A stretch of DNA of 63,852 bases, counting the filler, from Syncephalis fuscata S228 (Eukaryota; Fungi; Zoopagomycota), in the NCBI GenBank assembly GCA_025786725.1. It is 7 parts of 7 records of this genome, joined end to end, with 100 filler letters (N's around TTAATTAATTAA, not from the genome) between each part and the next. Parts side by side here need not be neighbours in the genome. Positions count along the whole stretch, not along the records: positions 1 to 20,041 come from JAHLTZ010000170.1; 6 more parts are not named here. The stretch is one strand, 5' to 3'. Numbering within the stretch: the stretch's first letter is position 1; each line of letters begins with the position of its first letter. The position numbers and the translations under genes were made by a program. Shown one piece after another: positions 1 to 13,546 of the stretch. The notes beneath the pieces were generated by a model. It did no database searches and was not told where the DNA came from. It worked only from the letters and a program-made list of their open reading frames with translations.

Positions 1-514
1 CCAATGATCTCATAGCAAATGGTCTTTAGTAACATATAAATAGTTTTATTGCTATTTCACCAATAGTATTAATAAATAGACAGTATAATTATGCTAATTA
101 TACAATTAGTCTATTGGCTTTATTATCAATTGCTTTATTATTTGGCATAGTATTTCCATGACTTATGTTCAACACTGTCGTTTTTAGTAAAAAATGACAT
201 TAATTACTAGATATTGGCTGCAATAATAGATGTTGTTTATTGTGTGCATAATAGTGTGTGCATAATATTTCAATGTGTTGCAAAATAGAAATATTATGTT
301 CAAAAGTAGTACAATGGTTGCACACGACAATGGGATGCTGCCAGTCTTGCATGACGTCTGCAGTGTCCTGAGCGCAATGTTCTTTGTCTCAACGCATGTT
401 ACGTTTTAAACTGTTGTGCTTTCTGCCTTCGTTTTCTTACTTTGTTTTTCGCTTTCGTTTGTGCTTTCGTTTTGTGTTTTGTTCTCAATATCCCTCTTGT
501 CAATAACTTTACAA

Positions 515-2852
515 ATGGTCACCAAATCAATTAAGCCACCCTGTAAGTCAGCGTGTATCAACTATAGCATGATTTGTACAAATAGTTATTGATACCATTT
601 AACTATTCGTATAGCCACTATCTCAGGCAAAACATGTTTGATTTGCTATGATTCCATTAAAATCTGTAATTTTAATGGAACAATTATAAAGAAAAAAAAT
701 GAAGCACCGACTGGCACAGTATTAGACTGCGGCCATGGATATTGTTTTGGCTGCTTTGTCAAACACTTACAATCACTTATTACAGCTGCTGTCTGTAAAT
801 TCCCAGTTAAATGTCCCTATCCTGATTGTGTACAGGTGATATCCGACGATATGGCAAAGCAGCTTCTTTCGCCCGCGGAATATCGTCGCTGGCACCAAAG
901 AAAAGTCGAGAGCGATCCAAAGTGCATTGTAAGTGCATCGACCTTAATTCTGGCAACTAATAGTTAATTTGCCGTAAAGATGTTTTGCCCAAACAAACGA
1001 TGCAGCCACACTATATGGACTGTAATTGACGGCAATCCGCAGCCTTCTCCAGCTAAATGTCCAGAGTGCAAGCTGATACTATGTCTGCGCTGCAAAACAG
1101 AGCATCACAAAGGTATGTCAATCTGCCACACTAAACAACTGTTTTAATAGTACAGTTGATAGGTATGAGCTGCGGTGAATATGCCAATCTTCCAAAAGCA
1201 GAAAAATATAAAGAAGACTGGGACACGTTAAAGCTTGCCGGCCCAAATCGATGGCGACACTGTCCGATATGTAACGCCTTAGTTGAGCGGAATACTGGCT
1301 GTAAGAAGATGACCTGCACTTGTACTGCTCAATTGTAAGAAGCTTGAAATACATCTAAATTTAACTATTTCTAACATCAACCAATAGCTGCTTTGGTTGT
1401 GGCACAGTATGGACTAAGAAAAAAAACTCCAAAAGCTGCTGTGCACTTCAAAATCATGATTTAGACCGTGGCATAATGGTTCAAGCATCCAATACTTCTA
1501 ATGCTCAGACCAGCAGTGATAAACGTAAATTCAGTATTGCTGTTCTCGTGAGCGGTAGATTTCTTCAAGGCAGTAAGAACACTTGGTTCCGCACCATGGC
1601 ACTTCAAAAACGATGTGGCTATTGTGATCAAAAATTTAAATCTTTGGATGCGTTGCATGCCCATTTGGAAGAAACTCGGAAACATACCACGTATATTTGT
1701 TGCGAGCAACTATTTTCAAGTTCAAGCACGTACAATGCACACGTAAAGACACATGAAAAAGCCAAACCACCCACATCAACTGTAAATACTGCTCCTGCTT
1801 CAATTTCTGTAAATAGCACAGATCCAAAGGTGCCACTTCCTGCTACAAAGTCTACAGCAAGCACCAGCAAAGAAGTAAAAACTTTAGCGCCATCTAAAAG
1901 CCCATCAGCTAAGAAACCAGCATTGGTCAATCGTAAAGAGGTAGCCAGCGTTGATATTAAAGTGCTGTTGAATGATAAGGAGAGGAGTTTTAAAGATTCA
2001 GCTTGGCTGGCATTATCCGAAAAAGGGAAGTGCTGCCCATATTGCCAACGCAAATTCAAGAATCCAGCAGCTCTGCATGAACATTTGATAAAATTTACCA
2101 AACATGAAGTATATATTTGCTGTAAATCGCTTTTTCCCAATGCTTCAGCATTGAAATTACATAAGGAATCTCATACATTAGCATCCAATCTACCGTCAAA
2201 TAAACCTTCAACTCAACAAAAGACGCCATCAAACTCAGTTTGCACTCCTACACCATCATCTATTTCAAAATCAGATATTGCTAAACCGAATTTGCCTAAA
2301 CCAACATCATCTACTTCAAACGATACTTCTACTAAGCAGCAAGTACCCACCAATTCCAAGCCAGCTGCAATTGAAACTCATGTCTGTTGTGGACGCATTT
2401 TTAGCACATCAGCAGCAAAAAATGAACATATACAAAACTCGCGTCGTCATCAATCAACATTAAAACAGGACTTACACATTCGCTCTGAGCCGCACAAAGC
2501 ATCGTCATCTGCTTTAGCCGATACTTCTGCTAAACAGTCAATATCTATTAATTTACAGGCATTAGCATTTAAACCCTATTATTGTTGTGGACGTACCTTC
2601 AACACATTGGTAGCAAAGCGCGAACATATACTAACTTCATGTTATTATGATACCATAATGATTCAAAAATTACCTGCTTGTGAACAACAAATTTTAAAAG
2701 ATTTACTAAAGTCTGATGATATAGTAAACTCAATAACGTCGCCACTGGCATTTTCAGCACCAAAAGCAACTAAATCTGGTTGGTCGGGTGGAATGCGGTT
2801 TGTTTTTTTTAGTATTTTTTTGGCTTCTATTTTTATTTGGATTAGAAAATAG
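515..2852 (+). CDS. RBR (RING1-IBR-RING2) E3 ubiquitin ligase fused to six C2H2-like zinc fingers and a C-terminal transmembrane anchor; 5 exons
   Basis: ATG at 515; GT-AG introns at ~543-614, 929-980, 1113-1161, 1335-1387. RING1 CLIC...CGHGYCFGC...CPYPDC; IBR CPNKRC...CPEC...CLRC...H; RING2 CPIC...GCKKMTCTC...FCFGC. The last exon runs in frame (1389 to 1476 = 87 nt, no stop) into ORF 1476-2852, which carries the fingers and ends MRFVFFSIFLASIFIWIRK. Confidence 0.85.
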
Positions 2853-3315
2853 CTATTATTGTTATAGTCTTAGTTTAAGGCATTCTTTTTTTATCATATA
2901 TGACACTTTAGTAAAGCTATAGTTAAATTTATATGATAAATACAACACTATTTTATAAGTATGCACAGAGCTGTACTTTATTGATGCAAATAACTGTCTA
3001 TATAGTATTTGCTAATATCAATGGTTTAAATTAATTGGTTGTATGATTGCTGTCAAATGCTTGATAGAATTCAATATTGTGTAATATAATTGATTATAGG
3101 CTATTTGGAAATCAGGTGCTTTATAATTATACTATCATCTCCATTGCACTGATAATATATAATCAGTATATAATATTTTTAACAATCGTAAAATAACGTT
3201 TTATTTAATAAATTGTGTAACATGTTGCTACGAACACTAAATATAATAATTTGATTACATGATTGAATTATATACATATTACCATATTTGGTAATTGTCA
3301 TTAATTTGACATATA

Positions 3316-3325
3316 GTCACGTGAC
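3316..3325. promoter_or_regulatory. Palindromic E-box GTCACGTGAC (bHLH, Cbf1-type site)
   Basis: Perfect 10-bp palindrome, second CACGTG at ~3362; similar TCACGTG sites at ~16492 and ~22878 (upstream of sphingosine kinase). Function not demonstrated. Confidence 0.3.
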
Positions 3326-3912
3326 TTAGTCAGGTACAGCGCTTGTGTAGCTTTTACTTAGCACGTGGCTAGTATCCCAATTAACAGAATAAGTAAATAA
3401 GTCAGAACCTTTACAGGGGGCCTGCCAGCTTTATTTAATATCTAATACAGAACATGGGTACTAATTTACTTTAAGCAACTTAATACCCATATACAACACC
3501 GAAAGGAAGAAACGAACAAGTTCTTCCTTCACAAATATCTCTTAACTTTAGCTTATTTTAGTATAAAAAAGCACATAATTTTAGCATTTTAAATAAACAT
3601 TATCAGTTACTTCAGCTCATTTTTCTTAAGTTTTATTACAAATATTATTTAGCTTACTATTTTCTAAACTAATATAATCAATAATTACTCAAGAAATTTA
3701 GTAGCTTATAAACCATTGCAGGTCCAGTAAGCAACAAGGTAACAATGTATAAAACAGCTAACTAATTAATACAATAGAATAAAGTGAAGGGCAATAATTT
3801 ATTATAAAATGGGCAAATTATGTATGTGTATACATAGAGAGCGTGTGCCAACAGATATTTGAGTATATATACAGAGTAATATTCAAATATTCTTATTTCT
3901 AGACTCACAACA

Positions 3913-4682
3913 ACGTAAAACAAAGCAAATTACTTGATATTCTGCACAAGTATACATACAACATATAGATAGCCATTGGTAAAGTATACCGCAATTGTAT
4001 TATAAGCTGATATCATGGTTGCAATAATACACTAATAAATGTACAAAAATAGCAGTTTTTTACAGATCATGGCTTACATAACTAAAATACAGCAAAATGG
4101 TTGCTGGATTCGAGTTCTCCGTGCTTAGTTATACAGACTGGTATGGTTTACAGAACAATGATTTTTGCAACAAAAGTTAGTCAAAAATGCAATTTACGTA
4201 AATATCATTGAGAAGCAATTAAAGTTTGATGGTTTTAAAGATTTTAATATTAAAAGTGAAAATTGGTATAAAGTAAATTTAAAGCATGCTACAGCTAAAA
4301 ACAAGCATAATAGCAAATTAGTATACAAAAATATCAATGCACAGTAGCAATCTATGCTATTGATATACATATAACAGATTTTGGTTAACTAATTTACACG
4401 TAAATTGCATTTTTGACTCTTTTGTTGCAAAAATCATTGTTCTGTAAATCAACCCAGTCTGTATAACTAAGCACGGATAACTCGAATCCAGCAACCATTT
4501 TGCTGTATTTTAGTTATGTAAGCCATGATCTGTAAAAAACTGCTATTTTTGTACATTTGTTAGTGTATTATTGCAACCATGATATCAGCTTATAATACAA
4601 TTGCGGTACACTTTACCAATGGCTACCTATATGTTGTATGTATACTTGTGCAGAATATCAAGCAATTTGCTTTATTTTATGT
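3913..4682. repeat. Long inverted repeat (foldback / MITE-like), ~287-bp arms and ~198-bp spacer
   Basis: 3913-4199 is the reverse complement of 4398-4682 with scattered substitutions. Confidence 0.9.
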
Positions 4683-6022
4683 AAAATCATAATAACTACT
4701 ATTGGTTTTTAATTTGGACTCACTGAATTACACCACTAAATTACATAAGTTATATTTTTAAAACATTGACACGATAGTTTCCCATTTTATATTTGTAAAC
4801 TAGCGCTCTATTTACATTCAAAACGTTACAACTATACTAGCCTATTTTTCAGCGGTCATAACTATTAGAAGTAAAAATATACTATTTTACAACAGCCATA
4901 TTGCTACTATCTTGCTACTATGCCCATACTGCTATGAGAATGTGTCTAATAAACACAGCATGTGCCTAAACAGTTTGTTAAGATTACATGTAGATATTCA
5001 TAATAATAATAAATACATTAATTAGCAGCACTAATTACTAACAATAAACAACTATTAAATAGTATAGCCGGTAAGTATTTGTTCGTTGTAAACATACGAA
5101 CAGTTGCATAAAGTGATATGCTGTGTTGATGATGAAATAATACAACCATTCAGGCTTTATTATTGGTTATGTTTAATATAAAATGATAACTTTATTTAAT
5201 ATCAGCAAAGTATATTCATTTCTAGTTCCATTTATTTTCTTTAATTCTATACAAATTGTTCAATCTATTATGGCTAAGCCGTAGTAATTAATGGCCAATA
5301 ATAAATGTTTATTATCAAATTAATATTGACTAGCCAACACAGCTATATTACTTTTATTAAAATATTGTTAATAAATTGATTTAAATAAAAAATATAACAT
5401 ACTATTTGATTTCTTTGAAACATTTGAAGCCGATTATCGTTATTGTTGTTGTTGGCCATATGTAAAAAGATTGATCGAATATTAATAGAAGCCATATGAT
5501 TGCAATTCCATATCGTTCTGTATTTGTTGTTGTTGCATCTATGTACAGCATGGATTATTGCATCTAAATGATCTATTCTATTTTCTAATATTCTACTGTT
5601 GCATTTTGGGCATATTTGTAATGTAAGATCAAGATTAATATAATTATTATAAATGTCGTTTATTAAACAGCCACTTCCTCTATAGCCAATCTGACTAAAT
5701 AAATGGCATTTGAACAATTAATATCATAATGACAATGTATATATATTAAGCAATAATAAAGATAACTAATTGATTACGTTATTATACTGACAATTACACA
5801 TGAATTAATTAATGTTGGATGCAATATTATACATGTTATAGTAATGAATAGTGTTTAATTGTAATTAAAAGTATTAAGAAAAAGGGAGTCAAATAAGTAA
5901 ATAGAAATGTTAAAGTAAAAGCAAAATAGCTCTCTAGTTCTAATCAATTTATTTATTGCTGTGGTTGTGATATATAAAATAATAAGTCATAATGAAAGGA
6001 TACAAAAAATTTAAAGCTTCAA

Positions 6023-9000
6023 TTAATTTCGCAATGCATAGTCATAGCGGCCCACAAGTTTTACTAGCTCTTTCCCTGTAAATACCATGGATCGTGAAGC
6101 TTGTTCATCTGTTACGGGCAGCAATAATCGTGCCAGATGTGTAGCCAGTGAACGATCCCGCGTTGGTCTACCTGGTCGGTCGGCCTCGCCCACCGGCGCA
6201 TTGGCCGGTAGAGTACGATCTCTTTGCTCACGAATAGCTCGAGCTCGTTCTTCAATCATCGTACACCACGCCGATTGTCGGTCTCGTGATTCAACGCTAA
6301 ATGAAAGTTTAACGGCTCTTCCTTGTCCCACGGCAACATCTCGCCAATGGCCAAGATCAAGGCGTGGTGCAGTTGCCGCTAATGGTAAATCGTCATCTTC
6401 ATCGCCACTATTCGCTTCCTGATGTGTACGTGATTGTGGCTGAAGTGATTTGCTGCCGTTTAATCCATTAGCTGGTGTTGGCAGTATCGCTTTTGATCCA
6501 GCTTGCTTCTTTAAGTCATAGCCATCTTGATTCGATGTCTGGGGTTGACGAAATACCGCAATTGGTAAATCTTCAAGTGAAAAAAAGGTTGATTCACATC
6601 GAATTCGGAATGCCCAACGCATAAACGACCTTTCAACTGATAGTGTACGCGGCGGAATAGGTGAGTAGCGTGAAGCATTCGGTCCCATCAATTCAAAGGC
6701 AATTACACAACGGCCTACCGAAACACCTGTCAATGTGATACGTGCTTCACGATCTGCGGTAAATTCAACAATATCACTTGATGACCGTAGGCCATTTTCA
6801 GCCACCACACACAATTGCAAGTGTGGATCAGGATACGGCAACTGGATAACAATCTCTGGACTGGGTACCCGTACTGTAACACGTAATGGAAATGTGCCAA
6901 CTGAAATCCATAATCGACCACTAGGATCAGTATCCTCTTCTTTGTCTAATGGTGCGGGTGTAGATGTTAAAACATTGGGTACTAATGACTCAGTGCCATC
7001 ATCTAATCGTATTGGACGGATCCATGTTGCTTCAAATGTATGGCGTAATAATAAATCAGGAATAAATAATGAATGCCCGTCATCTTCACGATGATTTGCA
7101 AATGTGCATTTAAATAGCTGGCAGAAATCATCCAGTCGTGTAGTTGCTGTAGCTGTATCGGTAGTTGATACTGTCGCTATTTTTTGACTAGCCATTAATA
7201 CAGTGTGTAGAAGAGCTATAGCAGCTCGACGACCTAGTCTATAATCTGGATTGGCTGTACGCCATCGATCGGCAATCATAACAATACAACGAGTACGGGC
7301 CTCTGGATCTTCATTTACTGCTTCGGCCGGTCTATGTAGCTCCCATGTTCCATTGGATTCGCCTATATTGTCCGTATTATTAGCATCAAGACGTAAGGTA
7401 GAGCCAGATGCAGTCGGTAATAACATATGACCAGCAACTAGACGTAGTAAATCAGGTAGCGGAATACCACGAGCTGGCAAACGCTCCATAAAAGCCGCAA
7501 ATGCCGGTGTATTTTCTGGCCTAGATATTAATAGACCCACTTTGCGTCTATCCAATCCACGTGTACGCAGTAGAAATCCAGCTACACTAGCAGCATCTCG
7601 TCGGAGCAAATTCTTTTTTATAAGTTGATGTATAGCTCGGTATGGATGTGCGGTAAATTGTTGTACGGCTTTACGGACTTCTGGGTCTAGTAGTTTTGAT
7701 AGATCAGGTGGTGACATTGCTTCTTCCCGCATTAATGCCATGCTTACATCGCCCAATGGAATAATGGCTCGACATTGAAAACGGCAATCTAAATTACACG
7801 CGTCTAATTGCTGGCCTTCAGGAAGAATTGGTTTAACAATTATTAATAAATCAGGGAATAAGAAAAGCATTCTATCTTTAACAGTACGCGATGTAATAAC
7901 TTGTAGAACTGGACCAAAGCGTAATAAACGCCGTTTATGTGTATCGCTCATTTCTTCGCCAGCTGGTCGATGTTGCGGCGATAGCGGACTTTTTAATGGT
8001 TCGTGTAAGCCATCTGGATCTTCAAGATCTATATAATTTGCTGTTGATACGGGCTTTGTCTTTGATACAGATGACGAAACACCTCGTACACTATCCTCGC
8101 TACCACGACGAACATTATTTATTTTGCCAAATTGTGTATTGTTGGTCGGTGCCAATCGTTCAAGTGATCTAGAGACACGTTTACGCGCTATCGCAGCTGG
8201 TTTTAAATGCTTTCTAGTAGGTGAACGACCACGTGAATCAGCTTGTTTGCCGCTTCGATTCGCTTTTGATCGCATTTCTTGTTGCGTATTCAATGCGGTT
8301 CCAACTGACAGGCCTAATTGTTGCACTTTTATTAATAGTAATATTAAATATACCTATTCTATTTATATACTTACCTTCCTTTTTACTATTGCCATTATTA
8401 TTAATGCTAACATTACTTGCATTATTTATAGTATTATTAGCATTATTTTGCAATTTAGATAGTGGCGGTGTAGGAGTCGATGATGCTTTGACCACCTTTT
8501 CAGCACTATTAGCACATGCATTAGTAGGCTGACGAGCTAATGGCCGTTGAGAGGTACGTTCATCAGGCGTTTTTGATCGCGACACCATAGGTGTTATATT
8601 TTGATGCTGTACAGTGGATAGATTTGGTGCTGATGGATTTCGGCTATGATTTAGCCCAGTAGTTGGTACACTAAGCATTGGATTTGCTCGAGTGTTGGCT
8701 GCCTGGGCATATGTTTTTGAACTTTTAGATAGATTACTAAACGATTGGCTGCCATTAACAGAAGTACTGGATGATAAAGCAAATGGTAATCCACGCTGTG
8801 ATAAATACAACTCCTCCTCTGGACTAGCAGAGAAATTGGTTGCAGCAAGTGGCTGTTTTTTAGCTAAAGAATTGCCATCTTGAAGTGGCTGTAGAAATGA
8901 TGAAAAAGATGTACTAGTTAAATCAAGAGGTGGAATATACGCAGGATCTGTGTATGATCGATCAGGTACAGTATTTGATGCTGCCAAGTGACAGATTGGC

Positions 9001-10211
9001 ACTAGTCCAGGTGGGTCCTGTGGCTGTGATGCGGGTAATGGCGGCATTGACTTCTCCTTTGTTCCATCAATGTGATAAGTGGGTACTGGTGATGTAGATG
9101 CCATGCGAGGTGGTGTCCTAGTGATGTATGTATCGCCTTTGCTGCGTGTTTCATGCTGTCTATGAACACCATGCTGCATAATAGAGGCTAATTCTTTGCG
9201 TGCACCTCCTAGTGATCCATTTGACAAATTGGCATATCTATCCGTCAAGACTGGCTGATTAATATCTTGCAACTCTGGCATGGATGGTGATTTAGCCATT
9301 GTATCTTGTAGCTCATCTTCATTTTTGATATAAACTGCATCAATGGCCGTACGCGGAACTCGACGGCTTTGTTCACGCGTACGACTAGAAGGAGCAGTTG
9401 GTGATCGAGTAATATCATTAATAACTCCTGTATCTTTTGGCGGTACGCCTCCAGCCATCGCGGGACTTGTAACTGATCGACGAACTGTAGCACCGGCCTG
9501 TGTGCGTTTATACATTGAAGTAGACGGCATTTGTGATTGTGCTATAGATAGCTCGGGCGCAACTTTGGTCAATATGCTGGCCCATTTTTCAGGAGAACCG
9601 CTTAATAGACCGGCTTGGCAGTCCTCTTCTTCATCTGTGTCCAATTCAAAGCTTTCAACTGCCTCGCCAAATCCCCAGCCAGTAAAAGAGCCTAAAGCTG
9701 ATGGACCCGTCCCTATTGTGCCGGCAATACGAGTACTCCACATAGCCAATGGACTGGCCGTTGATCGCATTACCTCTATTCCTCCACGTGCCGTAATATA
9801 GTCCACAGCACTAAGTGGTTGTTCAAATGGCGTACGCGGACTAGTTTCACACGGCAATGCCTCGTGATTCGGTATAGGTATAGAGCCGGCCCCGCCGTCA
9901 GTGTTCATATGTAATCGTAGCGGCTTTCTGTCATGAGTGTCTGCCAAAAGTCCTCCATTTTGGGGTGATAAGCCCGCCTTATCTTTAACTGCATCTTTTG
10001 GCTTAAATTGGGTAGAACCACCAGTAAGACGCGGTTGTGAATGTGGTGGCCTTGGGCTTAGTGTTGTTTTAGAGTCGATATTTAGTCTGGAAGATGTGGC
10101 TTCAGCCCCGCAAACGCCATTAGCTGTAGACGGTGCGTCGGTCAACGTTGCGGATGCATTGGCGATAACTGCTGTATTTGCCGTGTGCGCTCGAGGCCGC
10201 GGCGTCGTCAT
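6023..10211 (-). CDS. Large protein (~1380 aa) with a disordered N-terminus, split PH domain and degenerate Sec7-like domain; 2 exons
   Basis: ORFs 8238-10256 and 6023-8326 join in frame via a 49-nt GTAAGT...AG intron (8374-8326); first ATG at 10211 (MTTPRPRA). PH strands RRLLRFGPVLQV...DRMLFLFPDLLIIVK; Sec7-like KAVQQFTAHPYRAIHQLI...VAGFLLRTRGLDRRKVGLLIS; PH C-terminal strand and helix LSFSVESRDRQSAWCTMI. Confidence 0.8.
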
Positions 10212-13200
10212 CTCACCGTTAAAAGCTTTAGCAAATACTGGGCACTTGGTACACACAACGGTGCGCTATGCCAGTGTTTCAAGAATTTAAAAAGAAATTC
10301 CAGTGAAATACGATAGGCCAAAACCAGCAATACTATCGTAAATAGATAAGCTGGCTATTCCTTGAATTCCCCGTATATGTGTGTATGTATGAATGTATTT
10401 ATACTAACCTAGTTTGATAGCTATTCATAAAGCGAGACGATCAGCTCCGGACGGAATAGATAGCCCGTACAAAGCATAGGCCGAGAAAACACTAACAACG
10501 CTATTCTTATACAAGTCCGCAGGAATTCAGTCAAAAAAAACCTCAACAAACAACAGAACGCAAATTAAAATGCTTGAATGCTATTATCCCAAAACACCGC
10601 GCGACGTATGCGTACGCAGGTGTGCTTAATGATGGCTGATGAAAAAGCAGCTGCGAAATAGTCGGCAATCAAAGATGAAGGTGCAGTGAGAAAGGAAAGA
10701 GGGGCAAAAAAATACAAGAAAGTCAGGGGAAACGCACTTGTACACACACACGCGCGCACCTGTTGTAGATACCATCAAAATGTTGGTGTTAAACATAAAG
10801 CAAGATGGCTCATAAAAACAAAGAATAAGGCAAGGATATTCTTAGTTGGTCTGGGCCTGCTGCAGATCATTGAATTCTGCCGCTGCTGCAACTATTTCTG
10901 TTGATGCCTTTTATTTATACGTGCTGTCGGTGAAACGCAGTCAAGACCCAGTAAAGTGTAAATATAGCAAAGCTATTAATAAAAAGTACTATTTAAGCTA
11001 TTGGTCAGGAATTGCATCTGATAAAGCAGAAATTATTTATAAATTCCCTTAACGGTATTGATAAATAATAAAAGGAATTTAATAAATGGAAGATAATTGA
11101 AATTATGATTATAGTAACAAGCACGATAATTGTTTCATTCATTTAATTGTTCATCCATTAAAATGCATTGTTACAGTTCCTTAGACAAAGTTGTAACAAA
11201 AACAATTAAACAACAAGCTAGCCTTGTAGTAGTCTATATTACTGGTTACTTTTAATATGTCGATAGATAACTAAGCCAATAATTTATTTAACAATTGAAA
11301 TATTAAAGTTAGTTTAAATAGGTTTTTTATCTAATTACAGTTATCATTATTAAGGTGATACAGTACACTCTAGGGCAATTCTGACAATTAAACTAAAATA
11401 TAATGAAGATAAAAAAGTCAACTACCTACTTAAAATACCGTAAACAGCTGTTTTATATCATGTATTATTTATTTATTTTAGTTACTAACAATTACTATAA
11501 TAAAGAATAAAAGATAAAAATTGTATATGTGATTAAAGTCATACATGCTGTTGTTGAATTATATAACATTTAATGTTTAAATAGTGAGCTGATAAATACG
11601 TTTTAATTAAGCAACATTTCAGCTAACGCTTAGAAATAAAGTTATAATTAATTGGATAAAATAGCAAATATAACAACATTTTACCATATTATCCATACAA
11701 TACCTTTATTGAATGAGCCTTACTTTTATTTATCTAAAGTCAATCATTAAATATTATATTTATTTACTCAAATAATAAAGTTGATCTGATAATAAGCAAG
11801 ACCCGTGCTGATTTTGGTTATTCAAGTTACAGAATCCCAGCAATAGTGAACAAAACAATGTTTATTATTTTATATTTGCTTTAGTTAGATTTTAGATTAT
11901 TTTTGTATTAAAGCCGTCGTCTTATAGTCTATGCACTGTTAAACAGATATAGTGTTTTTTTGACTAGCGTTACTTTTATATTTTTATCTACCAATTGCAT
12001 TGTGTAATTATAAATTGTATTGCGGTGGCAGAGTTTTTCATCGCCACCTCGTATAATGGTTACTGTTGGATTAATATGATACACTATTATACTCGCTTCT
12101 TTTCTCATTTTCTAATAACAGTTTTATTTGCATTGTAATTAATGCAAACATTAACTAATAATATAGATAATTTTAAGATAACAAAAATGCAACAATAAAA
12201 TGATTTGTATTCATAGTTATCATTAGTATTTCATATTACATTTATTGGTATGGATCATGTGTTTTGCTGGCACATCTCTCAAGTTATATAGTCACATGAT
12301 ATAATCATGTGATGGCAATTGCAGTATCACAGATATGCATGTTTGAGTATATTGCAGTTACAATAATTGGATAGCTTATCAGCCTATACGATTATAAAGA
12401 GTCTTTGTAACCTGTTATAGACTTTGGGCAATAAAGGCATTAACAAATGGCTGTAGAACCCGGTAGTTTTATAACTATGCAAGTACGTATAGCTATTACA
12501 AACAGTGCACTCCCAGTGTATCCACCTAAATATTTGTTTATGCCAATAGTTTGCAAGGAGCCATAGGCAAAGCAAGAGTCGGATCAAAACAATGCCATGT
12601 CTTGGTTACATTAAAATGATGTGATTAGATGGATATGACTTGATTGTAGTACAGACCCGTGTTAGCCAGCAGGTATGGTATTACCTTCATTTACAAAACA
12701 CACAGTCGTACCCGTATCAAAAGCACGCACTCGGTTTTAATTAGCCATTACCATTTTTTTCAAAAAATACGGTAAGCCATATGCAATAACTATTATTTGT
12801 GTAATATTACAATCATATGACTTTATTAATTGCATCCTAAAATTGCTGGTGCCGTGTCATTTTTTCATTATGCGTTCCAAGCATTTGCTTAAACAATAGA
12901 ATGTGTAACAGAAGACTCGTGACATTGTGAAATAGAAAATGACATGGCTAAGGCCAATACTGTGTGGATTGGGGATGTCGTTCTACCATTGTGATGATGA
13001 TGAGACGGCTGATAATGGAATGGCGTGCCCACTACAGGACAGTAGTGGTCTTGAAACTACAATAAATGTGATTGCGTGGTGCGCAGTCTCAATGATGAAA
13101 TATGAGAAAAGTAAACAAGCTCGTGCATGTAGGAAGGTAGTCGTGTCACCATGCTGAGCAATAGATCGTCAGCGCTTAACACTCCAGCAACTACAAAAGA

Positions 13201-13376
13201 GCGCGTTTTGTCGCTCCAACATCAGTTTGACAATTAAATCATTTACGCTATCTCTTCGAACAATCCACTCTTAACAAACATCACGTTACTTTCATCGCGC
13301 TTTATTTTTGTTTGCTTTCGATTTCACGCTTAACGTTAACTATCCACGCCAATCGTAGCAACACCCCGATACGCCT

Positions 13377-13377
<1 letters not shown>

Positions 13378-13410
<33 letters not shown>

Positions 13411-13411
13411 C
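13378..13411 (+). repeat. (CAA)n microsatellite upstream of the aminopeptidase
   Basis: About 11 consecutive CAA/ACA units. Confidence 0.9.
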
Positions 13412-13546
13412 ATCTATCCTAGTCACCAACACAACAACAGCGTTTATTGCTTCATTCACACAAGCCTGTTTATTTTATTTGCAACTTTCCGTTTGATTTT
13501 GTCACTGTCACTTTTGGTGTTATTCTATCTTTCCACTTTTATCATC

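Noticed and set aside
5343-5717. 124-aa ORF with CPKC
   Set aside because: Non-ATG start, Asn/Ile-rich composition typical of AT-rich non-coding DNA, and no recognisable domain.
1628-10290. Antisense and alternative-frame ORFs over the RBR-zinc-finger and PH/Sec7 genes
   Set aside because: Shadow ORFs of real coding sequence with no independent motifs.
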